A DNA stretch of 60,348 nucleotides, the filler included, from Candidatus Zhuqueibacterota bacterium (lineage in GTDB: Bacteria; BS750m-G25), in NCBI GenBank assembly GCA_016783505.1. It is 5 parts of 5 records of this genome, joined end to end, with 100 filler letters (N's around TTAATTAATTAA, not from the genome) between each part and the next. Parts side by side here need not be neighbours in the genome. Positions count along the whole stretch, not along the records: positions 1 to 8,175 come from JADHWK010000079.1; positions 8,276 to 16,347 come from JADHWK010000080.1; 3 more parts are not named here. The stretch is one strand, 5' to 3'. The notes below the pieces were generated by a model that was not told the origin of the DNA, did not search any database, and saw only the letters and a list, made by a program, of their open reading frames with translations. Below are positions 1-9,910 of this stretch, one piece after another (position 1 is the first letter of the stretch; every line of letters begins with the position of its first letter). Made by a program: the position numbers and the translations under genes.

Positions 1-346
1 CCGTCAGCTTTCCCCTGCCCTGATAAAGGGAAATCCGGTGGTGCTTAAACAGCTTTTCTATCCCCTCAACCAGACCGGATACCACCCGGTTTTTTCGCGC
101 CTGGATTTTTTCCCAATCGAAGGAAATGGAGTCCGACAGAATGCCGAATTCCCCGGCTCGGCGGGCCTGATTCAGGACACGGCAGGAGGCCAAAAGGGCC
201 TTGGTGGGAATGCACCCCCGGTTAAGGCAGACCCCCCCCAGTCTGTCCTCTTCCACCACCGCCACCTTAAGCCCCAGTTGCGCCGCCCTAATGGCGGCCA
301 CATATCCCCCGGGGCCAGCGCCTATTACGATAACATCGTAGTCCAA
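1..346 (-). CDS. lpdA: Dihydrolipoyl dehydrogenase, 5' part (runs off the window edge; absent from the ORF track)
   Basis: Manual translation from TTG at 346 gives MDYDVIVIGAGPGGYVAAIRAAQLGLKVAVVEEDRLGGVCLNRGCIPTKALL, with the FAD-binding GxGxxG and the redox CLNRGC motif. Confidence 0.9.
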   Translation of the reverse strand, partial: MDYDVIVIGAGPGGYVAAIRAAQLGLKVAVVEEDRLGGVCLNRGCIPTKALLASCRVLNQARRAGEFGILSDSISFDWEKIQARKNRVVSGLVEGIEKLFKHHRISLYQGRGKLT

Positions 347-360
347 TTATCAGTCAACTC

Positions 361-1812
361 TTATTTTGCAAGCACCATTTTCATGACTTTCAAAAACCTT
401 TTTTCTGTCGTCTGGGACAAGGATTGGGCTTCAATTCTTAAGAGGTATACACCAGAAGCAAACCCATTAGCATTCCAGTTGACTATGTGATATCCTGTGT
501 CCCTATGTTCATCAACCAATGTTGCTATTTCTCGCCCGAGGATGTTAAATATCCTCATAGTTACCTTTGACTCTTCAGGAAGCCTGTATTTGATAATGGT
601 TGTTGGATTAAACGGATTCGGATAATTTTGATACAAAGTAAATCCATTAATTACCCTCCCCTCATTCTCAATTATCCCGGTGGGTGGTTCTTCTACAAAA
701 TTGCCAGTGCCGTCATTAAAAAGAATATGTAAATTTCCCGGTAAATAGCTATGAATATAATGTATAGTAATTATATCATTCCAACCATTATCATCTAAAT
801 CTGCAGAGAAACATCCTATACAATATAAATTAGCGCAATAACTTATTTCCTCTGAAAAGGTTCCGTCCGCATTATTCATTCTTAAGAAAACTTGATCTAA
901 ATCTGGTACATCTTTTGTATAAATTATATCTAAATAACCATCATTATTAATTTCCACTATTTGTAGATCAAAAATTCCCCCTAAGACTTGAACTTCATAT
1001 TCAAGAGTGAAATTACAGCTATCATCATTTTCATAAATTTGCAAAAAATGTTGTAAATGGGGAGCCCCATATCTGGAGACTATTAAATCATTATCCCCAT
1101 CATTATCTATATCCGCAATCTTTAATTCATTCTGGTAATTTGTTTCATCAACCAAAATATATTCAAAACCATATGTATAACTAAGATAAACTTCTAATTT
1201 TAACCCACAGACAACAATATCATCCCTGCCATCATTATTTAGATCACCACAAGCAATACCCCCCGGATAGTAATCTACATAATAATATTCGGGCGATGAA
1301 AATTGGCCCGTACCATCATTTCCCATAACTCCCCAAAACTGTCCACTATGAGAGGCTACCACTATATCTATGTCATTATCATTGTCTATGTCGCCACTTG
1401 AAATTATTCCAACTCCTTCATTAGTGTTTAAAGAAAAATGAGATATATCACCAAGATTGAAATTATTAATAATAGCAATATATTCATTTTCCTCTTCAGA
1501 GTTATAATGTTTTGCAATTATTTCAGGGAATTCATTTAAGTTTAAATTTTTAATTTGTATATCTGGTTGCCAAGCAAATAAAAATATGGAATCAATTAAT
1601 GTAAATTCACCCTCTCCATTGTTTTGTAAAATAGAAACACCACCCCATTCGGTTTGGCTATTATAATTATGCCCCACAACAATATCTTTATCCCCGTCTA
1701 AATCTAAATCTTCAGCATAAACAGAATAGGCAGCACGGGGAACGGTGTATTCTGCGGCGAAGATGCTGGTAAAAACTAACAAAATTGAGCATATTAAAAT
1801 TGAATACTTCAT
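361..1812 (-). CDS. Secreted FG-GAP/VCBS-repeat protein with T9SS-type C-terminal sorting domain
   Basis: Signal peptide MKYSILICSILLVFTSIFA; repeated DxDxDGDxD motifs; C-terminal LYQNYPNPFNPTT...SGVYLLRI. Start at 1812 overlaps the rtcB stop (ATGA). Confidence 0.85.
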   Translation of the reverse strand: MKYSILICSILLVFTSIFAAEYTVPRAAYSVYAEDLDLDGDKDIVVGHNYNSQTEWGGVSILQNNGEGEFTLIDSIFLFAWQPDIQIKNLNLNEFPEIIAKHYNSEEENEYIAIINNFNLGDISHFSLNTNEGVGIISSGDIDNDNDIDIVVASHSGQFWGVMGNDGTGQFSSPEYYYVDYYPGGIACGDLNNDGRDDIVVCGLKLEVYLSYTYGFEYILVDETNYQNELKIADIDNDGDNDLIVSRYGAPHLQHFLQIYENDDSCNFTLEYEVQVLGGIFDLQIVEINNDGYLDIIYTKDVPDLDQVFLRMNNADGTFSEEISYCANLYCIGCFSADLDDNGWNDIITIHYIHSYLPGNLHILFNDGTGNFVEEPPTGIIENEGRVINGFTLYQNYPNPFNPTTIIKYRLPEESKVTMRIFNILGREIATLVDEHRDTGYHIVNWNANGFASGVYLLRIEAQSLSQTTEKRFLKVMKMVLAK

Positions 1813-3248
1813 CTTTTCTTCTTCCGCCGCCGCCACCCCGGGGCCCGGTGGGAGGTATCGTCCTTGATCACCCCGATGGGCTTCAGTTTTGCCACCACTT
1901 GAGCCAGCCCGGCCACTACCACCGAATCAATGATCTCGTCAATATCCTTATATGCCAGCGAGCACTCGTCCACCACCGACCGGTAGTTGCGGGCGTTCAT
2001 CAACACATTCCCCAGCGCCCGTTCAAACTGCTCTTGGGTGATAATCTTGGTGGCCCGCTTCCGGGACATCACCCTACCGGCCCCATGATTTATTGAGGAA
2101 TAACTCAGCCGGTTGCCCTCGGAATCCACTCCCACCATAATGTATGAGGCGGTGCCCATGGACCCGGGCAGGATTACGGGGTGACCGGTGTTGAACCAGC
2201 GGCTCCCCTTCAGCAGGGGATGCCTGGGGGGCAACGCCCGGGTGGCCCCTTTGCGGTGCACCCAGAACCGCTCGCCAAAGTGCTCCTCCAGCATGGCGTT
2301 GTTGTGGCAGACGTCGTAGAGGAGGCTCATCTTGACACCGGGGAATACCTTTTCTATATTCTGCATCACGTATTTGGCCATCACCGCCCGGTTTTCAACG
2401 GCGAAGTTCAGCGCCGACCTCATCTCAGCAATGTAGTGTTGACCTTCAGGGGTGTCAACCCCCATATACATCCCATCCCGATCCAGGTAGGTGATGCCCA
2501 GCCGGTCGAATTTCTTCCGGGTAGTGGTCACCCAGTAGTCGGCGATCTGATAACCCAGGTTGCGGCTTCCCGAGTGGACCATGGCGACGATTTGATCCTT
2601 CCTTAAACCCCATTTCTCAGCGATGTCCGTATGGATCTCTTCCACCACCTGGATTTCGATAAAGTGATTGCCGCCCCCCAGGGAACCCACCGATTTCATG
2701 GCTCTCTTAATGACATCCCCCGACAGGTGCTCCATGACCGGAATGTCCTTGGAAATCCGAAAGGGTCGGTGCTCCCGGATCTCGGGGTCATCGGAGGAAC
2801 GTCTACCCCGGAAAATGTCGAACAGTTCTGATTGGGTCTTAGTGTCGAAGGAACGAACCTTCTCGCCTAAGGGGATGTCGTGAAGAATGCCGTCCATAAG
2901 GGCTCTCACCTGAGCCCGATTGATCTCACCGTTCGTCCTCAGATCGTGGACATTCAGATTTGTGAGAATGAGTCTCATCCCGCAGCCGATGTCCACCCCC
3001 ACCGCCCCCGGGGAGATAATGGTCTTCGAGGCGGCCACGCAACCGATGGGGCAGAAATACCCATGATGGGCGTCGGGGGTGATTACCACATCATCCACAC
3101 CCGGGGTCAGGATCACATTCCTGGCCTGACGGTAGACACCCTCCTCAATCTGTTCCAGGATTTTCTCGTTGGCGATGTATTTGATCGGCTTTTTGCCCTT
3201 AATCTCCTCAATGTAGAAATTAGTCCCAATTTTCTTGAGCCCGTTCAT
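1809..3248 (-). CDS. rtcB: RtcB family RNA ligase
   Basis: Motifs PDAHHG, VGVDIGCG, GGGNHFIE, HSGSR, HRKGAT, HGAGR. Start reassigned to MNGLKK (3248). Confidence 0.92.
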   Translation of the reverse strand: MNGLKKIGTNFYIEEIKGKKPIKYIANEKILEQIEEGVYRQARNVILTPGVDDVVITPDAHHGYFCPIGCVAASKTIISPGAVGVDIGCGMRLILTNLNVHDLRTNGEINRAQVRALMDGILHDIPLGEKVRSFDTKTQSELFDIFRGRRSSDDPEIREHRPFRISKDIPVMEHLSGDVIKRAMKSVGSLGGGNHFIEIQVVEEIHTDIAEKWGLRKDQIVAMVHSGSRNLGYQIADYWVTTTRKKFDRLGITYLDRDGMYMGVDTPEGQHYIAEMRSALNFAVENRAVMAKYVMQNIEKVFPGVKMSLLYDVCHNNAMLEEHFGERFWVHRKGATRALPPRHPLLKGSRWFNTGHPVILPGSMGTASYIMVGVDSEGNRLSYSSINHGAGRVMSRKRATKIITQEQFERALGNVLMNARNYRSVVDECSLAYKDIDEIIDSVVVAGLAQVVAKLKPIGVIKDDTSHRAPGWRRRKKKR

Positions 3249-3424
3249 AGTAACCCCTTTGAAATGCCTTAAAAAATAATGATAAAAATAGGATTTGTCA
3301 AGATTTATTTTAAATAAAAACCCACACCGGTCAGGTGTGGGGAAGTCAATGAGTGGTCGGTGAATCGGAAAACACCGTCGGCCCGAAGGGTCTTGGGAAA
3401 CGATCTTGGGAAATGACACTGAAA

Positions 3425-3494
3425 TGATTGCTGATTGCTAATTGCTGATTGTTGCTGGAGCCTGGGTTTTAACAATTAGCAATTAACAATCAAC
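3425..3494. repeat. Inverted pair of 7-nt tandem repeats (GATTGCT-like / AGCAATT-like) forming a hairpin
   Basis: gattgctgattgctaattgctgattgtt ... aacaattagcaattaacaatc. Confidence 0.7.
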
Positions 3495-3536
3495 TTTTTA
3501 ATGGTTTCAGTGTTGAATTCCCGGATTTAGTATAAT

Positions 3537-3743
3537 CTAACCCTGTCCTTTTTGCTCCTTTTTCTCCTCTACGTCCTCTTCAATCTGGACCTTATCAATC
3601 TCATCTTTAATGTCCCGGGCACCCTTTCGAAACTCGGTAATCGCCTTGCCCAAACCCCGGGCAATCTCGGGAATTTTCTTGCCCCCAAAAAGGAGCAGGA
3701 TCACCAGACAGATGACGATCAATTCCCAACCACTCGGAAGCAT
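3537..3743 (-). CDS. tatA: Twin-arginine translocase TatA/E subunit
   Basis: GWELIVICLVILLLFGGKKIPEIARGLGKAITEFRKG; RBS AAGGAGG upstream. Confidence 0.93.
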   Translation of the reverse strand: MLPSGWELIVICLVILLLFGGKKIPEIARGLGKAITEFRKGARDIKDEIDKVQIEEDVEEKKEQKGQG

Positions 3744-3900
3744 GCTAATATCCTCCTTGATAATAATATATTTTATTAAATATAACCAATATTACCCGTA
3801 TTGTCAAGTTAAATAGTCAACCGCCATATCAAGAAAACTTTTGACATCCCCTCTGGTTCTGAACTACATCGCTTACTGTCATTCCAACCCCTTCATTTCA

Positions 3901-3954
3901 TGTCATTCTGACCCCGCCCCTAGATCGTCCCGAAAGTTTCGTGAGAAGAATCTC
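3901..3954. repeat. REP-like arm (TGTCATTCTGA...GAAGAATCTC) containing a degenerate TCCCGA palindrome
   Basis: Same ends as the arm at 12838-12927; internal tcccgaaagtttcgtga at 3928-3944. Confidence 0.6.
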
Positions 3955-4014
3955 GTCTTTAAAAACCGTTGAACTGGGTTTTTTCTATTTTTCAGCTTTG
4001 CATGTAGAGTGAAA

Positions 4015-4467
4015 TTAAACTCTCCTGACCACCTCGATAACTTCGGCTGGACTCTGGGCGGTCAGCAGCCCCTCCCTGAAGTCATTCCGTTTGAGAAGCC
4101 TGGTGAGTTTGGCCACCATTTTCAGGTATTCACTGACCAGATGTTTGGGGATGCCGAAGAGAAATATAAATCGGGCCGGCTCCCCATCTTGACCCCCAAA
4201 ATCAATACCCTTCTGGGAACGGCCGAAGGCGATGATGGTATCGCTAACGGTATCGGTACGGGCATGGGGAAGGGCCGCTCCCTTCTCCAATCCAGTTGGC
4301 ACCTCCCGTTCCCGATTCATCACATCCTTCTGAAACCGATCCAGGTCTTTAATCTGGGGGTTTCCAGCCAGCCCCTGGATGATCTCACGGATGGCATCCA
4401 TCTTTTCAGCGGCCTTAAGGTCGAGAAAAACGGCTTCCTCCCGGAGCATTTCAGACAGTGACTTCAC
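4015..4467 (-). CDS. PTS EIIA (Ntr/fructose-type) domain protein
   Basis: REREVPTGLEKGAALPHAR phospho-His motif; GIDFG. Confidence 0.9.
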   Translation of the reverse strand: MKSLSEMLREEAVFLDLKAAEKMDAIREIIQGLAGNPQIKDLDRFQKDVMNREREVPTGLEKGAALPHARTDTVSDTIIAFGRSQKGIDFGGQDGEPARFIFLFGIPKHLVSEYLKMVAKLTRLLKRNDFREGLLTAQSPAEVIEVVRRV

Positions 4468-4673
4468 GAACTTTAAATATCCTTAATATCATATTCACAA
4501 TTGCTCAATATTATCTCCCTTACAGTTTATTGGATAGCTGTTATATATTTTAAAAACCGCTCTAAAGAGGCGGTTCTGGATAAATAATTGCTAAATAAAG
4601 CATTGACCAGAATCCTATCTTCAGATAGGTTGAGTATGGCTTTCCCAAACCGGATGGGTCCCGGTCTGTCCAG

Positions 4674-5606
4674 TTAAGGGAAAAATTGACTTCGTCGGGC
4701 TTTTATTAATGCCTTAATTCGTTCAACCAATCCCCTTCTTTTCCGCAAGATGTGCTTGATCTCCGACACTCGGCCCCGTGTCTCTTCAATCCCATCATGG
4801 ATCAGGCTGTTCATCTCCCGAAACTGGGCCCAGTGAACGTTCCTCTCCCGGGGGTGAAGGACCAGGTCAGCATCGGCCAACAGGGTGTCTTTAAAGCCAT
4901 ACATGGTGATGCGGTTGGCCTGAAAGATGACATCAATAACGTTATTCGGATGATCCTCCAGGGTTAAGCGTTGACTCACGTCCACCCCGATAACCACATC
5001 CGCCCCCATCTGCCGGGTTTTGGCGGCGGGGACCAACGCTACCACACCCCCATCCACCAGCAGCCGATCCTCCCAGACCAAAGGGGGCAAATATCCGGGC
5101 ATGGAGGCACTGGCCTGAACGGCCCGTTGAATGTCCCCCTGCCGGAACAAGACCCCTTCGCCGGTAACCAGATCGCAGGCCATCGCGGCAAAGGGAATCC
5201 GGGTATCCTCAAATTTTCCCGGATCAACGAGAAAGTGGATCACCCCCTCCAGCCGTTTGGAATCGGCAATAGAGATACGGGTGATGGAGAGATTGATCAC
5301 CAGCCGCTCCCGCACCCGCTTGGCCATCTGCCCGAAGAAGTTCTCCCCGTTTTTGCTCCGGTTGAAGATATCCATCCCGCTGCGGCCGAACTCATCGCTT
5401 TCCAAAAACGCCCTGAATTTATCCTCCACGTAGTCAGCCGATGGATGTTGGGCGTACATAGCCCCTACCACGGCCCCAATGCTGGTCCCCACCAAAAGGT
5501 CAATGGGGAAGCCCGCTTCCTCAAAGCCCTTCAGCACCCCGATGTGGGCCAACCCCCGGGCTCCCCCACCCCCCAGGGCCAGACCAACCTTTAGTTTTTT
5601 GGCCAT
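4674..5606 (-). CDS. Patatin-like phospholipase (RssA/NTE family)
   Basis: GGGGARGLAHIGV, GTSIG nucleophile, DGG. Confidence 0.92.
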   Translation of the reverse strand: MAKKLKVGLALGGGGARGLAHIGVLKGFEEAGFPIDLLVGTSIGAVVGAMYAQHPSADYVEDKFRAFLESDEFGRSGMDIFNRSKNGENFFGQMAKRVRERLVINLSITRISIADSKRLEGVIHFLVDPGKFEDTRIPFAAMACDLVTGEGVLFRQGDIQRAVQASASMPGYLPPLVWEDRLLVDGGVVALVPAAKTRQMGADVVIGVDVSQRLTLEDHPNNVIDVIFQANRITMYGFKDTLLADADLVLHPRERNVHWAQFREMNSLIHDGIEETRGRVSEIKHILRKRRGLVERIKALIKARRSQFFP

Positions 5607-5782
5607 TGGACATAAAACAATGAATTACGACAATCTTTGTTCTATCAAGGTTGAACCTCCGCAATGCTTCAAGGTGCAACCTTTAAGCAACAGAAATTAA
5701 CAAAACTAAAAGTAAAGATAAAAAAGCATTTTGTCAAGAAAAATAAAAAGCCCCATCGCTAAACAGGGCTTTCTTTCTGAAT

Positions 5783-5873
5783 GTAGCCGCAGGTTACGCC
5801 ATAGGCGGATCTGCCTCAGGCATGACTTTATGCCTGAGGATGACAACCCCGCACCCATAAAGGGTACAGCTAT
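5783..5873. repeat. GTAG-type REPIN, copy 1 (carries a 32-nt insert)
   Basis: gtagccgcag[gttacgccataggcggatctgcctcaggcatg]actttatgcctg...cgcacccataaagggtacagctat; matches 6833-6896. Confidence 0.75.
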
Positions 5874-5994
5874 TTCTGCAATAAGTAGGGTTATTTCAAA
5901 GAAAAGGAAAAGCCGCCGCATCCAGCAGGCCATAGCGGATAAGATTGGTCTGCCGGTGGAGGAGGTTTTTCCGCCACGGAAGAAGGTTAGATAA
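5874..5994 (+). pseudogene. Probable 3' remnant of a Ner/Cro-like phage HTH regulator
   Basis: Frame reads SAISRVISKKRKSRRIQQAIADKIGLPVEEVFP; the upstream part of the ORF is REPIN sequence. Confidence 0.4.
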
Positions 5995-6039
5995 TAACAT
6001 TAAAATAACATTTGACAATATAGAACTTCCAATTTATAT

Positions 6040-6540
6040 CTATTTAATAAACAAACCGTAAATCGCTAAACTAAGACCGCAAATTGAAATAGCGGTTGCG
6101 AAAATCGCAATTACAAAATTTACTTGGTTTTTATGATTCATTTGAAGTTTTACGAAATTATCAGCAATTATAAACATATTAATATTAAGTCGATTTATCA
6201 TGTTTGATAAAAGATTTGTAAAATGTAGCACCCCAAGTTCTCTTTCTTCGTCTTTAATAAATGTAAAATTTGGATTATATAAAAATTTGGTTGCTAATGC
6301 ATCCCATTCCCTAAAATCCTTCTGCAAATCCTCCATTGGTTGATAAAATGCTTTTAATCGAGATTTTTGACAAAAAAGAAAGACTCTTGGCTGTTTTAAA
6401 TCATGAAGTTGTTTATTGATGGTGTTCCATTTTTGCATTATAAGATCAAATCTATCATAGATCTTATAATAATCTGGATTCTTATCGCGGCTAAGTCCTA
6501 TTCTATGCCTTCTAATTTGACTACAATTATCTGATGTCAT
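6040..6540 (-). CDS. Hypothetical helical protein with C-terminal TM segment, AT-rich
   Basis: 166-aa ORF with a hydrophobic C-terminus, visibly more AT-rich than its flanks. Confidence 0.6.
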   Translation of the reverse strand: MTSDNCSQIRRHRIGLSRDKNPDYYKIYDRFDLIMQKWNTINKQLHDLKQPRVFLFCQKSRLKAFYQPMEDLQKDFREWDALATKFLYNPNFTFIKDEERELGVLHFTNLLSNMINRLNINMFIIADNFVKLQMNHKNQVNFVIAIFATAISICGLSLAIYGLFIK

Positions 6541-6647
6541 ACACTTACTTTAACTAATTTGTTTTGAATAAATGTCTTGGTAGCCCCACTTTGGAATTAA
6601 TATAATAATATAGAAAGGACTTTCTCAACGACTATTTCAAAAAAAGA

Positions 6648-6805
6648 AAAGGCTCGGTTGTTGTCTAATCAGCTCAGCCTATTAGACTTGAGCCAGAAGC
6701 CTGAACCCGGATCGTTCAATATTGCTTCAGAATTGCAGCATTCACTGTCTGAAGGAATTCGTAGGTCCGGGCTTTCTCGTTATCAGGAAGCAGCTCAGAT
6801 CCTTT
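6648..6805. ncRNA. Candidate structured ncRNA (about 160-nt rod-like fold), family and strand unresolved
   Basis: Nested complementary segments aaagg/ccttt, cccggatc/ggtccggg, cttcaga/tctgaag, gtctaat/attagac; terminator-like gagcc+T-run on the minus strand. Confidence 0.3.
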
Positions 6806-6832
6806 AATTTAGAAACCATCTTTTATATAAAT

Positions 6833-6896
6833 GTAGCCGCAGACTTTATGTCTGCGTTTGGTCATATAATTACGCACCCATAAAGGGTGAGGCTAC
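6833..6896. repeat. GTAG-type REPIN, copy 2
   Basis: gtagccgcagactttatgtctgcg...cgcacccataaagggtgaggctac. Confidence 0.8.
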
Positions 6897-7012
6897 CTCT
6901 ATTCATAGGACTTATTTCAGCAGTATCATCCAAAGTCTCGAAGTAAGGCTCTGGCGGATAAATACCTCCACCTGGAGAGCATAATCTTTTTCATAGTTTT
7001 AACAAGTAAAGC

Positions 7013-7576
7013 TTATTCCTTGGTAATATAAACCTTCTCCATCACCATCTTTTCCAGGGGGTTATTCCTTTCGTCAGTAGGGACAGCGGCGATCTTATCC
7101 ACCACATCCATCCCCTCGATCACCTGGCCGAAGACGGTATAGTTACTGTCCAGATGGGTAAGGGGTTTCAGACAGATGAAAAACTGAGAGCCAGCGGAGT
7201 TGGGATTCTCCGATCGCGCCATGGACAGGGTTCCCTTTAAGTGGGGCCGGTCGTTAAACTCTGCGTCAATGGTATATCCAGGTCCTCCAGACCCGTCGTT
7301 CATTTGGTCATCATCCTTACTCAGGAGGTCGCCGCCCTGGATGACAAAATCCGGGATAACCCGATGAAAGGTAGTACCGTCATAAAACCCCTCTGAGGCC
7401 AGCTTCTTAAAATTGGCCACATGGCCGGGGGCCTCTTTGGGAAAAAATTCCAACACGATCTTGCCCTTGTCGGTCTCGATAACCGCCACTTCTTTTACCC
7501 CCTTTCCACATCCCCCCAACAGCAGCAGGGCACAAAGGGCCATTATTGTTACGGTCCGAATCATCGGTTCCTCCAT
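7013..7576 (-). CDS. Cyclophilin-type peptidyl-prolyl isomerase, lipoprotein
   Basis: [33 protein letters not shown]; lipobox LGGC. Confidence 0.93.
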   Translation of the reverse strand: MEEPMIRTVTIMALCALLLLGGCGKGVKEVAVIETDKGKIVLEFFPKEAPGHVANFKKLASEGFYDGTTFHRVIPDFVIQGGDLLSKDDDQMNDGSGGPGYTIDAEFNDRPHLKGTLSMARSENPNSAGSQFFICLKPLTHLDSNYTVFGQVIEGMDVVDKIAAVPTDERNNPLEKMVMEKVYITKE

Positions 7577-7795
7577 GGATTATTTAGTTCTGATACAAAA
7601 TTATCATTTTGACCCCTAAGGGATGCTTTCACACTGTTTGTAACAATGTGTTATATGCGGTGTGAGTTTAAACTTCTGCTCCGAAAAAAAATTGTCATTC
7701 CTCATAATGCATACTTGTCGGCATGAGGGTTTGTCAAGGATTAACAATACACCCGTAGGGTGTAAGATCGGTTTAAAAGTATTTAGCACCAGAAA

Positions 7796-8175
7796 CTACT
7801 TAAAGATAAAAATGAAGTAGAAACTAATCACGTAAACGACCACGATCACCAGGGACTGCCAGCTTAATCTAAGGAATTTACCCTTAGCCGGATTTTTGAT
7901 ACTGAAGATAACGAACAGGGTAAGCAGGATGCCGGCCGCCAGGGTCAACCCATGGGTCGGTGACACGACGGCCAGGATTGACCCATTGGGGTAAGCGAGG
8001 TCGGCAAAGAAGATGATCAGCATGTTGGCCATATTGCTCCCCAGCACGTTCCCGAAGGCCATGCCCGCCAGACCCAACCTCAGGGCGGAGAGGGATACCA
8101 CCAGTTCGGGAAGGGAGGTGGCGGCCGCCAGGAACAGGCTTCCCACAAAGGTCCTTCCCCAGCCCGTAATCTGGG
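7796..8175 (-). CDS. Sodium:calcium antiporter (YrbG/CaCA family), 3' part cut by the gap
   Basis: ATSLPEL and GNVLGSNMAN alpha-repeat motifs. Confidence 0.88.
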
Positions 8176-8275
8176 NNNNNNNNNNNNNNNNNNNNNNNNN
8201 NNNNNNNNNNNNNNNNNNNTTAATTAATTAANNNNNNNNNNNNNNNNNNNNNNNNNNNNNNNNNNNNNNNNNNNN
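8176..8275. other. Assembly gap with artificial TTAATTAATTAA linker
   Basis: N-run with a central linker that reads as stop codons in all six frames. Confidence 0.97.
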
Positions 8276-8526
8276 AGCCCGGAGGATATGGGTGCAGTAT
8301 CGAAGAACTCGACAGATTGGTCGATATTGCTTCTCACGTAGAGGGAGTGATAGGAGCTAGATTAACTGGTGCAGGTCTTGGAGGATGTGTAGTCGCTATC
8401 GTTAAAGCAGAAAAGGTGAAAAAGTTTAAGCAGGCTATAAGAGAAAATTATTACATTCCTAAAAAACTACCTTTTGGGGATGACGTGTGTGTTACCGTAG
8501 GAGGTGCTGGAATATTGGATCTGTAG
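8276..8526 (+). CDS. GHMP kinase (galactokinase-like), C-terminal fragment
   Basis: GARLTGAGLGGC GHMP motif III. Confidence 0.8.
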
Positions 8527-8572
8527 ATAACTACACAAGCTATGCGGGACTATTTAATAAAGGGAGGCCAAA

Positions 8573-9610
8573 ATGGGTAAGGCAAGGTTAGGGTTCGGTA
8601 TAATTGGTTGTGGCACTATTGCCCCATTTCATGTTAATGGTATAATGAAAAACAAGGATGCAGATCTTGTTGCTGTATCCGATGTAAGAGAGGATAAAAC
8701 GAAAGAGTTTGCTGGAAAATATGGTATTGATTGGTATACGGATTTTCATCAACTATTGAGAAGAAATGATATAGATATCGTTAGTATTTGTACGCCTAGT
8801 TCGATGCATGCGGATATGACCGTTGCAGCTGCAAAGGCAGGAAAACACGTGATTGTGGAGAAACCTTTGGGAATCAACTTAGAACAAACTGACAGGGCTA
8901 TAAAAGCGTGTCAAAAGGCAGGAGTGAAACTCGCCGTTGCCTTTCAGCTGCGCCTCGAGGGCACTTTTAAAGGGGTTAAAAGAGCAATCGATGAGGGTGT
9001 ATTGGGAAACTTGATACTTGGAGATACATACATAAAAAGCTATCGGTCGCAGGAATATTACGACTCTGCCGATTGGAAAGGAACATGGGAATTTGACGGT
9101 GGCGGTGCACTTATGAATCAAGGTATTCACGGTATAGACTTGTTGCTTTGGATGATGGGACCGGTGGACACCGTTTATGCTTATACGGGTACATTGGCTC
9201 GGAACATACAAGTAGAGGATACGGCTGTGGCTGTTTTGACCTTTAAGAATGGAGCCTTTGGAGTTATTGAGGGAACAACTTCTGTGTATCCGGGATTAGA
9301 GCCACGCTTAGAGATACACGGCACAAAGGGTACGGTGGTTATGGTAGGTAACAATATAGAAAGGAGGGAGATTATTGGTGAGGAGAAAGAGAAGCCAATA
9401 TACAAAGAGAGTAGTGTAGGTAGAGGAGTGGCTGAGCCAACAGACATTGGCATGGAAGGGCATAGATTGCTGATCGAAGACATGATAGAAGCTATGAAGG
9501 AGAATAGGAGCCCGGCTATTAACGGCTCAGAGGGAAGGAAAGCTGTGGAGTTAATTCTAGCCATATACCGATCTGCACGAACCAACAAAGCAGTTAAATT
9601 AGGAACCTGA
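8573..9610 (+). CDS. Gfo/Idh/MocA family oxidoreductase
   Basis: GIIGCGTIA, HVIVEKP, GGGALMNQGIHGID. Confidence 0.93.
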   Translation: MGKARLGFGIIGCGTIAPFHVNGIMKNKDADLVAVSDVREDKTKEFAGKYGIDWYTDFHQLLRRNDIDIVSICTPSSMHADMTVAAAKAGKHVIVEKPLGINLEQTDRAIKACQKAGVKLAVAFQLRLEGTFKGVKRAIDEGVLGNLILGDTYIKSYRSQEYYDSADWKGTWEFDGGGALMNQGIHGIDLLLWMMGPVDTVYAYTGTLARNIQVEDTAVAVLTFKNGAFGVIEGTTSVYPGLEPRLEIHGTKGTVVMVGNNIERREIIGEEKEKPIYKESSVGRGVAEPTDIGMEGHRLLIEDMIEAMKENRSPAINGSEGRKAVELILAIYRSARTNKAVKLGT

Positions 9611-9800
9611 TTTATCACAGGTATTCGACTATTTTATAATTTTGGTAGCATAAAAAACTCTTGACATTTTGAAAAATAAGGCATAAGTTACCACTCCAAG
9701 TTTATCAAGTATAACATACGAAAGGAGGAGCCTATGCCTAGGGTAAGGGTCGGGATTGATTTTGAGCTTAATTTAAGGGATGACAGCTTCAATGTCAACA

Positions 9801-9826
9801 TCTTTCAGTCGGGCGCCTGACCGATT
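9801..9826 (-). repeat. AATCGGTCAGGCGCCCGACTGAAAG repeat family, copy 1 of 4
   Basis: Other copies at 14852-14872 (degenerate), 27418-27442 and 36678-36702. Confidence 0.8.
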
Positions 9827-9910
9827 TCAAGCAAATAGGTAATTTTTCTAATCGGTTAACCAAGAGGTTGTTTGAAGAAATCCTTATTTTCATCTAACAA
9901 TGGATATTAA

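Noticed and set aside
38-490. 150-aa plus-strand ORF
   Set aside because: Antisense shadow of lpdA and the 3' end of the FG-GAP gene.
6689-6704. Cobalamin riboswitch suggested by GAGCCAGAAGCCTG
   Set aside because: Only a partial B12-box; the upstream GGGAA, CGGTG and GCAACTGT-type elements are absent and no suitable gene follows on that strand.
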